Positions 54,601-62,623 of a DNA stretch of 64,000 nt are shown here, piece by piece. This DNA comes from Desulfobacterales bacterium (GTDB lineage: Bacteria > Desulfobacterota > Desulfobacteria > Desulfobacterales > UBA5852): contig JBMNCP010000053.1 of NCBI GenBank assembly GCA_049366795.1, forward strand, positions 9,675-73,674, given 5' to 3'. The notes below the pieces were generated by a model that was given only the letters and a program-made list of their open reading frames with translations, ran no database searches and was not told where the DNA came from. Each line of letters opens with the position of its first letter. Within the stretch, counting starts at the first letter, position 1. Made by a program: the position numbers and the translations under genes.

Positions 54601-56823
54601 AACGGCCTCGACGATGTAGACACCCGGCAGCAGCCCTTCCCCGGTCGCCGAATCGTAGCCGCCGAAGGCAAAGCCGCCGTCGAACACCGCATCGCGCACC
54701 TGGTTGAAGTTCCGCAGCCCGTCGTAGCACTTGTCGGGCAGAACCGCGGCGGGATCAGAGGGATCGGCGCCGGGGCAGCCTTCGGGAAGGCTGTCGTCCC
54801 AGGAATCCGTCGTGGTCACATCCACCGCGTCACCGAGGCTGAAGGTGACACCGTCGCCGCTTCGCACGATATCCTCGTCTCCCTTTGCGCCGCCTTCAGC
54901 CCAGCCGAACGGGAAGTTGTCCACGTCGGCCAGGTCGATTTCACCGTTCCCGTTGAGATCGTCGATAAACGTGTCGTTGTTGTCGTCCCGGTACAGCACC
55001 ACCTGAACGCGGGGGACACCGGGCTGCCATTCCTCGCCGAAACCGAAGCGTGGATCGTCCTCGGCCCGGGTGGTGTCGTAGAACACGATGCCCGAGATGC
55101 CGCCGCTTTCATCACCCTGGTAGTTGTTCTTTCCCCAGTAGATGATGTTGGTCTGCCCAAGGAATGTCTGGAGGCCCTGGGTCAGGACCTCGCCGGTCTC
55201 GGTTCGGGACAGGTTGTTGTTGGTGTTCGGGTTGACATTGGGCTGGGGCTGCGGCGTCAGGCGATCGAAGGACGGCCAGTCCCACCCGTTGTGGGGCAGC
55301 ACCTCCCCGCCGGCGTCAGCGACGGCGGTCATGCCCGTGGCCTTGAACCTGGCGAAGTCGACTTCGGCGATCAACCAGGAGAAGAAGGGAAAGACTTCGT
55401 CGAAGCTGTAATTGCCCGCGGAGTCGGTGGTGGTCGCGTTGTACACAGTGCCGTCCCGCCATCTCAGCAGCACCGCCTGGTCCGGAAAGCCGGCCTCGCC
55501 GGGATCCGGGAAGCCGTCCATGTCGGTGTCGAAGAAGACCTGGCCCTCGAGGTGGCCGAACCAGTCGAAGACTCCGACGTCTTGCAAGTCGACCACCGTG
55601 TCGCCTTCGGCCACGACGATCTGCTCCTGGGCGAAAATCACGTCCAGGTTGTTGTCCCAGATGGCCAGGGTGTAATTGCCCGGAGGAACGTTCGGTATGT
55701 CGAAGCTGCTGTCGCCCTCGCAGGGTTGGGCGTAAATTCCCACGCCGGCCGCATCGTTAAGGCCCACCCAGCAGTCCGGGAAGGGGTTCCCCGGCCACAT
55801 GGTGTAAAGCGGGGGACGGGACATGTGGGTGCTGACCACCCTTCCGGATACCGTGGCCGAGCCGTTGAGATCCGGAAGCCCGTCGTTGTTGCGATCGGCG
55901 GTTCCGTCCAACCTGCGGATGAAACCGAAATCCGCGTGATGGCCCGCCGGGCCGAACTCGGTGAAGTATGGAGGCTCGTTGGCCTTGACCCAGGCATCGA
56001 TGGTCTTGGTCCCTTCGATGGTGCTGGTCTGAACCCAGCCGCCCCCCAGGGGTTCCCGGACGGTGACCCCGTATTTGGCCGGGGGAAGATTCTTGACGAT
56101 CACGATTCCGTGCTCGTTCGTCACGAGGCGCCCGGATGTCGCGGCCTGCCCGGGATCGTTGATCCCATCCAGCGCCGAGTTGACGATCGGGTTCCCGAAG
56201 GCGTCCTGGGTAATAGGGCCCCCGGCGGCGCCGAAGCGGCCTCCGGCCTCGACCAGTTGGATTTCAAAATTTTGAAGCCCTTGCTCCGCCGGGAGATCGG
56301 GCACGTTGTTGATCGGATACATGTCTTCGAAAACGAAGATGGAAATCTGAGCGGTCGGTGTCGGCAGGGAGTTGAGAGTGACGTTGACCGACGTCTGGCC
56401 GGGCCGGATCTGCGCACCGCCCATGTTGTAACCGCCGGGATCGGCAGGAAGCACGGAGATGAAATAATGAGCGTCCGGCTGGCCTGCAAATCCGGCGAGC
56501 GCGGCGGCATCTTCCGGCAGCCTGGTGTCGCCGGTCATTACCAGCGGCATGTAGCTCCTGTCGAAATTGAGACTGAGCGCATTGTCCGGATCGGCATTGC
56601 CGGATACGCCCGGAACATGGTGATAGGTTTCGTCCCGTTCGATGGTGAACCGATACTCGATCCCCAACGGAACCCCGTTCTCATCGAAAAGATTCACCGA
56701 GAGCGCCCGGGCGCCCGAAGTGAAGGCGAAGCCTGCGATGAGAAACACAGCGAACGCCAGAATCCATTGCGGGCCGGGCCACGCGCCTGCCGTCGACCGC
56801 ACCCTGTGTCGTGAACTGTTCAT
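51661..56823 (-). CDS. Giant secreted protein (~1720 aa): SdrD/Cna-B-like beta-sandwiches, IPT-like domain, right-handed beta-helix, choice-of-anchor-Q-like end
   Basis: Signal peptide; GQVFFDTDMDG...TTTDSAGNYSF; IQDAIDLAQPGDLILVAPGVY, IDGLSITG, repeated GGGI/N-ladder motifs; DFDDDPRP....DIGADEF; ATG 56823 after GGAGG. Confidence 0.8.
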   Translation of the reverse strand: MNSSRHRVRSTAGAWPGPQWILAFAVFLIAGFAFTSGARALSVNLFDENGVPLGIEYRFTIERDETYHHVPGVSGNADPDNALSLNFDRSYMPLVMTGDTRLPEDAAALAGFAGQPDAHYFISVLPADPGGYNMGGAQIRPGQTSVNVTLNSLPTPTAQISIFVFEDMYPINNVPDLPAEQGLQNFEIQLVEAGGRFGAAGGPITQDAFGNPIVNSALDGINDPGQAATSGRLVTNEHGIVIVKNLPPAKYGVTVREPLGGGWVQTSTIEGTKTIDAWVKANEPPYFTEFGPAGHHADFGFIRRLDGTADRNNDGLPDLNGSATVSGRVVSTHMSRPPLYTMWPGNPFPDCWVGLNDAAGVGIYAQPCEGDSSFDIPNVPPGNYTLAIWDNNLDVIFAQEQIVVAEGDTVVDLQDVGVFDWFGHLEGQVFFDTDMDGFPDPGEAGFPDQAVLLRWRDGTVYNATTTDSAGNYSFDEVFPFFSWLIAEVDFARFKATGMTAVADAGGEVLPHNGWDWPSFDRLTPQPQPNVNPNTNNNLSRTETGEVLTQGLQTFLGQTNIIYWGKNNYQGDESGGISGIVFYDTTRAEDDPRFGFGEEWQPGVPRVQVVLYRDDNNDTFIDDLNGNGEIDLADVDNFPFGWAEGGAKGDEDIVRSGDGVTFSLGDAVDVTTTDSWDDSLPEGCPGADPSDPAAVLPDKCYDGLRNFNQVRDAVFDGGFAFGGYDSATGEGLLPGVYIVEAVPPTGYKIVRAQDKNVDFGEEYIPSPQAIPAICVGEEYTVPAEYSLFSDAADPDFPAPVNAGADLRTCDQKQVVLPARANVPAEFFLFTDAPVSAHVKGFILDDLANEFDPANPNFGEKFAPPWLPVAFYDYNGKEVARVYSDEYGTYNVLVPSTFTANVSSPSGMGPNMLIACMNDPGPIPNPDYDPVTNPGAPEFIVDPNYRSQYTQFCYTFQYMPGATTYLDTPVLPIAAFAGANQSPLDCEYPNQTPMISVVNATGNGVGGGPYVQAGSQLLIQSVGFINTPYGQRNYFFGQTPGSVEMVDGSGNVVPLQIAQWSGGSIRATVPAGTSAGTYQLYVTREFGVPEPVTSPFGVTVTVVDSYAAGLPGGRNVWSVTPNTTPGATPIQDAIDLAQPGDLILVAPGVYEELVIMYKPVQLQGWGPHSTIINAVKRPGEKLQNWRNKILDVLDIPHTAAGIPTVDPAVPGPNRLADLLPGQNAAFDPANNEPGLLTTAEGAGITVLALNRTPANGGFGSNPNARIDGLSITGADIGGGIVVNGYARYLEVSNMKIFGNEGHSGGGIQVGHPFLADGAEDAFNDFVYIHNNWISQNGSPTGSPGGVALYTGADRYRVVENYICGNFSTGSGGGIGHIGLSNQGLIEDNKILFNQSFNQMPMDIGGGGIAIEGAQVPGGLTEGSGTVTILSNLIQGNVSGAGDGGGIRLAFVNGQDVAGQPEGLNGWYQVDVFNNIVVNNVSGAAGGGISLKDATRVRILSNTFAHNDSTATIGALIDEVSPDGSTMSTPQPGAGLVSRAHTPALAAVLTRPDALGFSQPRLLRNNIIYNNRAFYWSIDPLGVGSLIYSGISDLGVLDTPAAEILNPRFSLLTDTTGYHGSNVEGPVNPAQLFEIPYFNGSSGLTAMPEDSTPLTAAATDEGGNFIDIRFTPLTPEGDYHILGGSLAVDAAGAVGPAVLSLDFDDDPRPFGGSADIGADEFVN

Positions 56824-56943
56824 ACGGCCTCCATCTCCTTGAAAGGGTTGAGGGGTTGATGATCCCATTCCCGAAAACCGCCTGTTTCCAGTTAGAAGCC
56901 GGCCTCGTCCGGCCGCGAATCACCTGATTCGTAGAGCAGCGGT

Positions 56944-56959
56944 ATCAAGGAGCGTGCCG
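56944..56959 (-). promoter_or_regulatory. Candidate sigma54 promoter of the giant-protein/MCO operon
   Basis: Minus strand CGGCAC-GCTCC-TTGAT: correct spacing, but the -12 element deviates (GA for GC). Confidence 0.5.
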
Positions 56960-57070
56960 TTGGCGCCTACGCCGGGAAGATGGAAATAATTTGCTATTAT
57001 TTCATTAGATTACCAGACTGTAAGCGAATGGAGGGAGCGACGAATTACAACGGATGGGGGGAAGCGCCGC

Positions 57071-57162
57071 TGTTTCAAAATGAAATAACGGCACTTATTT
57101 TACCAATGTTTTTAAATAATTGAGATTTACTACGTCATTCTGACATATCTCAGAATGCGACA
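57071..57162. promoter_or_regulatory. Candidate enhancer (UAS) sites
   Basis: TGTTTCA-AAA-TGAAATA (57071), TACGTCA-TTC-TGACATA (57131) and TATCTCA-GAA-TGCGACA (57146), with an AT-rich tract toward the promoter. Confidence 0.5.
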
Positions 57163-57211
57163 CCATGAAGGACCGGAGGTTTTGAAGGGTGGCGCGTGGG
57201 CCCACCAGGCC

Positions 57212-58582
57212 TCAGTCGATCCCGTAGCTTTCCAGTTTCCGGCGAAGGGTGCTGAGGCTGACGTCCAGGATACGGGCGGTCTGGGATTTGTTGCGGTCGG
57301 TGGCCTGGTAGGCATGGAGGATGTGCCGCCGTTCGAGTTCGGCGAGCGGCAGGATGTCGGGGCCACCGGGGACGGAGGCTCCCGGATGGCGGTTTCGGCT
57401 CTTGCGGACGGATTCCGGAAGAAAGCGGCTGAAGAGCCCCCTTCCCTGGCTCAGGTTCAGGGCGGCGTGGACGATCGCCTTCAATTCGCGGATGTTGCCC
57501 GGGAACGGATATTCCATAAGAGTTTCGACGGCGTCGTCTTCTACGGTGCAGGCTTCGGGTCGTTCGCAGAACTCGGCGAAGAAGTGGTTGATCAGCAGAG
57601 GGATGTCGCCGGCCCGCTCCCGGAGCGGAGGAAGATCGAGCCAGGCCCCCCTGAGCCGGTAGTAGAGATCCTTTCGGAATCTTTTCCGCGCCATCAGCTT
57701 TTCGAGGTCTTCGTTGGTCGCGGCGATGATCCGGATGTCGGCCTTCTGGGGGCGGCTGGTCCCCAGCTTGATGAACTCTCCGCTTTGCAGCACCCGCAGA
57801 AGTTTCCCCTGCAGCTCGAAGGGCAGGTTGCCGATCTCGTCGAGGAAAAGCGTTCCCTTGTGGGTGGTCTCCAGGAAACCCGCCCGGTCGTCTTCGGCGC
57901 CGGTGAAGGCGCCCCGCGTGTGCCCGAAGAATTCGGCGCCGAAAAGCGTTCCGTCCACCGCATCCATGTTGATGGCGGTGAAGGGGTGCCTGGAACGGCT
58001 GCTGGCCTGGTGGATCGCCCTGGCCAGCAGCTCCTTACCGGTCCCCGTCTCCCCGCTCACGAGGATCGGCACGTCGCTTCGGGCATGAAGCTCGGCTTCC
58101 CTCAGAAGCCGCTGAACGGCGCTGGATTGAGTGACGATCGGCGCAAAGGCTTCTCGGTTTCTGAGGGCCGGAAGGGTCTTCCGTTTTCCGAGATCGATAA
58201 TGTCGAAGAGGTGCTTGCGTTCCTGGGCGCGGCGGACGGACTTCAGGAGATCCTCCTTGGAAATCGGCTTCACCAGGTAGTCGTAGGCCCCGTTTTTGAG
58301 GCAGTCGACGGCCACCCTGGCCTCGTCGATGGCCGTCACCATGATGCACTCGGTCTGGGGGCTTGCGGACTTGATGATGGAGAGCAGTTCGATTCCCGTC
58401 ATGCCGGGCATGGTGATGTCGATGAGGGCGATGTCGAAGTCCTCGCCGTCCTCGAACCGCCTCGCGGCGGCTCTCGCATCCGGCTCCACGTGGATGTTGC
58501 GATACCCCGAGGTCACCAAGCCGCGCCGGATGCTTTCCAGAAAATCCCTCTCGTCGTCGATGACAATGATGCTCGAATCCAT
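57212..58582 (-). CDS. Sigma54-dependent response regulator (REC-AAA+-Fis HTH)
   Basis: IDDE, DITMPG, GETGTGKE, GAFTGA, LFLDEIG, FRKDLYYRL, FPGNIREL, C-terminal HTH. Confidence 0.95.
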   Translation of the reverse strand: MDSSIIVIDDERDFLESIRRGLVTSGYRNIHVEPDARAAARRFEDGEDFDIALIDITMPGMTGIELLSIIKSASPQTECIMVTAIDEARVAVDCLKNGAYDYLVKPISKEDLLKSVRRAQERKHLFDIIDLGKRKTLPALRNREAFAPIVTQSSAVQRLLREAELHARSDVPILVSGETGTGKELLARAIHQASSRSRHPFTAINMDAVDGTLFGAEFFGHTRGAFTGAEDDRAGFLETTHKGTLFLDEIGNLPFELQGKLLRVLQSGEFIKLGTSRPQKADIRIIAATNEDLEKLMARKRFRKDLYYRLRGAWLDLPPLRERAGDIPLLINHFFAEFCERPEACTVEDDAVETLMEYPFPGNIRELKAIVHAALNLSQGRGLFSRFLPESVRKSRNRHPGASVPGGPDILPLAELERRHILHAYQATDRNKSQTARILDVSLSTLRRKLESYGID

Positions 58583-58753
58583 ATCGGTCAGCTCCAGGAG
58601 TGTCTCAGGTTCAGATGGTGATTATTGGATTTTCCCCGCGGAAACCCACGGGGAAACTTTATCATCAGGCAACGATTCCGATGTCGATGCTCCTTCAGTC
58701 TTCACCGGTCCCGCCGATCCGGCGGACGGACCGATTGTTTCAGGCTTGACGGC

Positions 58754-61700
58754 TCAGGAATCCTGCGGCCCCCTGTCGGGAAGCGTCACCGTAAAGGTAC
58801 TGCCCTCGCCCGCGCGGCTTTCCGCCTGGATCGTCCCGGAAATGTCCCTGAGCAATCTCCGGCAGACATAGAGCCCCAGACCGGAACCGCCCTCATTGAG
58901 CTTGGTCGAAAAAAAGGGGTCGAAGATCTGAAGCCGCGTCTTCTCGTCCATTCCGCAACCGTTGTCGGAAACGGTAATCCTCCAACCGGGTTCCGGATCG
59001 TCGGTTCTCGCGATGGCCATTCGAATCCAGGAGTCCTTCTTGTCCGCCGCCTGCGCGGCATTGACCAGGAGATTGATCAGGATCTGCTCCAGGGTTCCCG
59101 CGTTGCTGTAGATACGGGGGCGGCCGGCCGGCATCCGGATGTCCAGCGTCTTCACCGTCTTCTGGATTTTGCTCCTGCAGATGGCCAGCGCGCGGTCAAC
59201 GACCTCTTTCAGGTCTACCCATTTCATGGCGGTATCTGGATGGGTTCGTGCAAATTCCCGGAGATTGCCCAGAAAGGCATCGATCCGCTGCGAGCCGTGG
59301 GTCAGGTTCTCGAGAAGCCGAAACGCGTCCTTCCGGAACTCCGCGTAGGGCATGTTGAGGACTTCGAAATCCGGGTTTTCCGCAGCATGCCGGTCCACGA
59401 TGGGGAGCAGCTCGTTGAAGTACTCCTTCAGAATCGGGACGTTGAAGGCGATGAAGCTGTTGGGGTTGTTGAGTTCGTGGGCCACGCTGGAGACCAGCAT
59501 GCCCAGGGAGGCCAGCTTTTCGCTCTGGATGATCTGGCGTTCCAGCAGGCGGCTCTCGGTAATGTCGTTGATCCGTATCACCACCCTGCCCTTCCCGGTT
59601 TCGGATCCCGATACCGGATAAACCACCACCTGCTCCTGGCGGGATGGATCGATAAACCCGTCCCTTTCGAACGTGACGATCCTTCCGCTGTCGACGGCCT
59701 GAGGCATCTGGCAGGCGTCGCAGGCTTCCGGGTTGTGCCGCATCACTTCCCTGCAGGTTCGGCCGATCACCGTCTTCTGATCCTGTAGCTTCAAGTAGCG
59801 GACCGCGGCGCTGTTGACCATGAGCACGCGCAAATCCTTGTCCGCGAGGATCAGCGGGTCGGATATCCCGTCGAAAACCGCCTGGAGCATTCCCTGCTGC
59901 TCCAGCAGGAGGGTTTCGGCGCGCCGGCGTTCGCGGACCTCGTTCTTGAGCTGTTCGTTGGAGCGGATCACCTCCGCAGCCCGCTCGGCCACCCGCTCCT
60001 CGAGGCGTTCGTTGGCCTTCCGGAGCTCCGCCTCCGCCCACATCCTCTGGATTCCGGCGCCGAGCTGGATCCCGGCATTCTCGAGCAACTGGACGGTTTC
60101 CAGCGGCAGGCGACCTTTCCGAATGTCCGCCACATGGATGAGACCGATCACGCGGTTTTCAGCCCGGACGGGAATCAGCGCAACCGACTCGTAACCGAAC
60201 CGGTTGCAGGCGTCTCGCGTCCTGATCGTATTCCCTGCCGACAACTCGGTGGCCAACCGGCCGGTACTTTGGGTGAAAAAAGACCCCATGCCGGTGAAGT
60301 AGGGCTTCGAGGAGTCGACCTCGCCGCAGATCACCCGGATGCACATGCACTCGTCGGAATGGATGGAAATCGGGTTTTCCAGTTTCAGGAACGACTCGCA
60401 GAAACCGTCGTTCGCGGCATAGGGGATGGCGCCGTCGCCTTCCAGCAGCCGGATACCTGCGGCGGTGCAGCCGGTCAGGGACTTGATCTCGCGGATGAAC
60501 GCCTCGAGGGTCGGCTCGAGGGAGGAAAGCGAACTCGCGATTCGGAGAAACCGGTAGGATGCCTGAAGCGCGAGCTCGGCCTTTTTGAATTCGGAGTTGT
60601 CCGAAATGGTCGTCCGGCAGAGAACGGTTTGGCCGTCGTCGTCGAATTGCGGAGCGCTTTCGATGCGGGCGTGAAAGTCCCCCTTCAGGCGTCGAAACAT
60701 CCGGATTTCGCACACCTGCCGATTTCCGGAATCGAAGACCTTCTGGATGTGCCCGAAAAAGGCCTGCCGGTCCTCCGGAACCAGGAAATCCAGGAACGGT
60801 GTGCGTTCCAGTTCGGAGGAGTCGCAACCCAGCAGCCGCGCCGCAGTCCGGTTGGAATTGACGATCCGGCAGTTCCGGTCGAACGTCAGGTATCCGACGG
60901 GTGCGCTGTGGTAAAGATCGGAATACCGCTCCCTGGAGGCTTCGAGCTCGGCCTGGGTTTTCCGCAGCACCGCATTTTGCCGTTCCAGGTCCTGCCGCTG
61001 TCGCAGGAGGGCGGATTCGGTCTGTTTGAGCAGGGTGATGTCCCGGATGACCGACAGGATGTTTGCCTGGCCATCGAGCTCGATCAGGGTGGCGGAGATC
61101 AGCGCGGTGATGACGAACCCGTCCTTGCGCCTCAGCTCCGCCTCGAAGTTGCGGACGGTTTTGTTCGCTGTCAGCTCCCGGATAAAGCGGGTTCTGAGCT
61201 CCGGAGGGACCCAGGCATGGATGTCGATGGAGGACTTGCCGATCACCTCTTCCCGTTCGAATCCGCTGAGAAGCGCAAACCCTTCGTTGACATCTAGAAA
61301 CCGGCCGTCCTCGAGCCGCGATATCGCAATACCGTCCGGGCTGGTGGCGAAGATTTTCCTGAAGCGGGTCTCGGACCGGTGGCTGATGGCGGCCTGGTGG
61401 TGGCGCGCGACCAGGGTGTTGATCTTCTCGGCGATCGCCCTGAGCAGCTGCACATCCACATCGGGTGGTGGCGTCTGCTCCCCGGGGGGGACGTCCCTGT
61501 CGGTGTCCCTCAGGACCCCGACAAAACCGACCGTCCGGCCCGCAAGGAACAGCTCGCTGGCCAGGGCCGGCCGCTCCGGCGAATCCGGATACTCGCCGAA
61601 AACCCGCTTTCCGAATGCGATTCGGACGCCAGCCGCCCCGGGAGACGGCCAGAGCCCCGGAAGGCGTTCGGCGATCTCCTGTAATACCTGCTCGAGCGAC

Positions 61701-62086
61701 TTATCGGAGCCGGATGTCAGTCGGCTGACCTCGTAAAGGCAGTTCAAAGCCTCGAGACTTCCCGGGTCCGACGCGGTGCCGGCTCCCTCGGCTTCGCCTC
61801 CGATGCAGTCCATGCCGCATACCAACGGCATCGATTCGAGGACCCCGCCAGCCGTCAGGCCCGCTTCGAAAATGTCGAGTTCATCGGAAGCGTCGGCATC
61901 CTGATCCATCTTGATCGCCAGTGCATCTCGGAGAATCCCGTTTTCGGCTTCGAGGTCCGATGCCCGCGCCTCGAGTTCGGCAACCCGGCGTCGAAGCTCC
62001 TCGAGGGATTCCGAAGACGCGCCTGCGGGCGTGACGTTCGAATCGAACCTCGGGTCGCGGAGTTCGAATTCAGAGCTGTCGTTCAT
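58754..62086 (-). CDS. Cytoplasmic PAS/GAF sensor histidine kinase; start approximate
   Basis: Three PAS-like domains and a GAF; H-box VAHELNNP, NAAQA, DNGCG, PFFSTK, GSGLGL; no obvious TM helix. Confidence 0.9.
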   Translation of the reverse strand: MNDSSEFELRDPRFDSNVTPAGASSESLEELRRRVAELEARASDLEAENGILRDALAIKMDQDADASDELDIFEAGLTAGGVLESMPLVCGMDCIGGEAEGAGTASDPGSLEALNCLYEVSRLTSGSDKSLEQVLQEIAERLPGLWPSPGAAGVRIAFGKRVFGEYPDSPERPALASELFLAGRTVGFVGVLRDTDRDVPPGEQTPPPDVDVQLLRAIAEKINTLVARHHQAAISHRSETRFRKIFATSPDGIAISRLEDGRFLDVNEGFALLSGFEREEVIGKSSIDIHAWVPPELRTRFIRELTANKTVRNFEAELRRKDGFVITALISATLIELDGQANILSVIRDITLLKQTESALLRQRQDLERQNAVLRKTQAELEASRERYSDLYHSAPVGYLTFDRNCRIVNSNRTAARLLGCDSSELERTPFLDFLVPEDRQAFFGHIQKVFDSGNRQVCEIRMFRRLKGDFHARIESAPQFDDDGQTVLCRTTISDNSEFKKAELALQASYRFLRIASSLSSLEPTLEAFIREIKSLTGCTAAGIRLLEGDGAIPYAANDGFCESFLKLENPISIHSDECMCIRVICGEVDSSKPYFTGMGSFFTQSTGRLATELSAGNTIRTRDACNRFGYESVALIPVRAENRVIGLIHVADIRKGRLPLETVQLLENAGIQLGAGIQRMWAEAELRKANERLEERVAERAAEVIRSNEQLKNEVRERRRAETLLLEQQGMLQAVFDGISDPLILADKDLRVLMVNSAAVRYLKLQDQKTVIGRTCREVMRHNPEACDACQMPQAVDSGRIVTFERDGFIDPSRQEQVVVYPVSGSETGKGRVVIRINDITESRLLERQIIQSEKLASLGMLVSSVAHELNNPNSFIAFNVPILKEYFNELLPIVDRHAAENPDFEVLNMPYAEFRKDAFRLLENLTHGSQRIDAFLGNLREFARTHPDTAMKWVDLKEVVDRALAICRSKIQKTVKTLDIRMPAGRPRIYSNAGTLEQILINLLVNAAQAADKKDSWIRMAIARTDDPEPGWRITVSDNGCGMDEKTRLQIFDPFFSTKLNEGGSGLGLYVCRRLLRDISGTIQAESRAGEGSTFTVTLPDRGPQDS

Positions 62087-62512
62087 GATGATCCATCGAT
62101 GGCTGGAGGCCGTATCAGGCCGGGCATCCTTTCGGGCGATGAACCCGTTTTCCTGCTCAGGTTGATGGTTCTGGATGAAGATGAATGTCGAGGCACCGGC
62201 GCGCATCGATCGAAGAATCGAGCCGCCCGGTTTTGATCGCCTTTATGTTTAATCCATATGTGAAAGACCTGCAAGGCTTGGATGATGCACGTCCTGCCCC
62301 GCTGTCTCCCGCTGTTTCCGCCTGCCGCGGCCCGGCCATGGCGGGCCGGTCTCGGGGGAAATGCCGTACAAAACCAGAGGATGCAGGCGTATCCGGATAT
62401 TAACATCGTATCTTATATCATACTATTATAATCGGGAATCATCTCACTATGAAATAAAACTGCAACTGTATTGTCCTGTAAACCATTACAGTTACCGATA
62501 AGCCTGAATTTC

Positions 62513-62528
62513 AGGCATGCACCTTGCT
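62513..62528 (+). promoter_or_regulatory. Sigma54 promoter of the multiheme cytochrome gene
   Basis: AGGCAT-GCACC-TTGCT with GG and GC correctly spaced; upstream CATCTCA-CTA-TGAAATA (62440-62456) resembles the 57071/57146 sites. Confidence 0.68.
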
Positions 62529-62623
62529 TCCCTCCTAGGCTGTCATCCCCCCCACACATATGTCGGTGAATTTCAATAAATGAATGAAGGGCGGCTGCGT
62601 CCGTCCGGCAACGAGGTGACTGC

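Noticed and set aside
53986-56814. 942-aa plus-strand ORF and similar long antisense ORFs (5352-7328, 10680-12722, 29246-31195, 43163-44863, 46599-48953, 57155-58621)
   Set aside because: Shadow frames opposite well-supported genes in GC-rich DNA, with no recognisable motifs.
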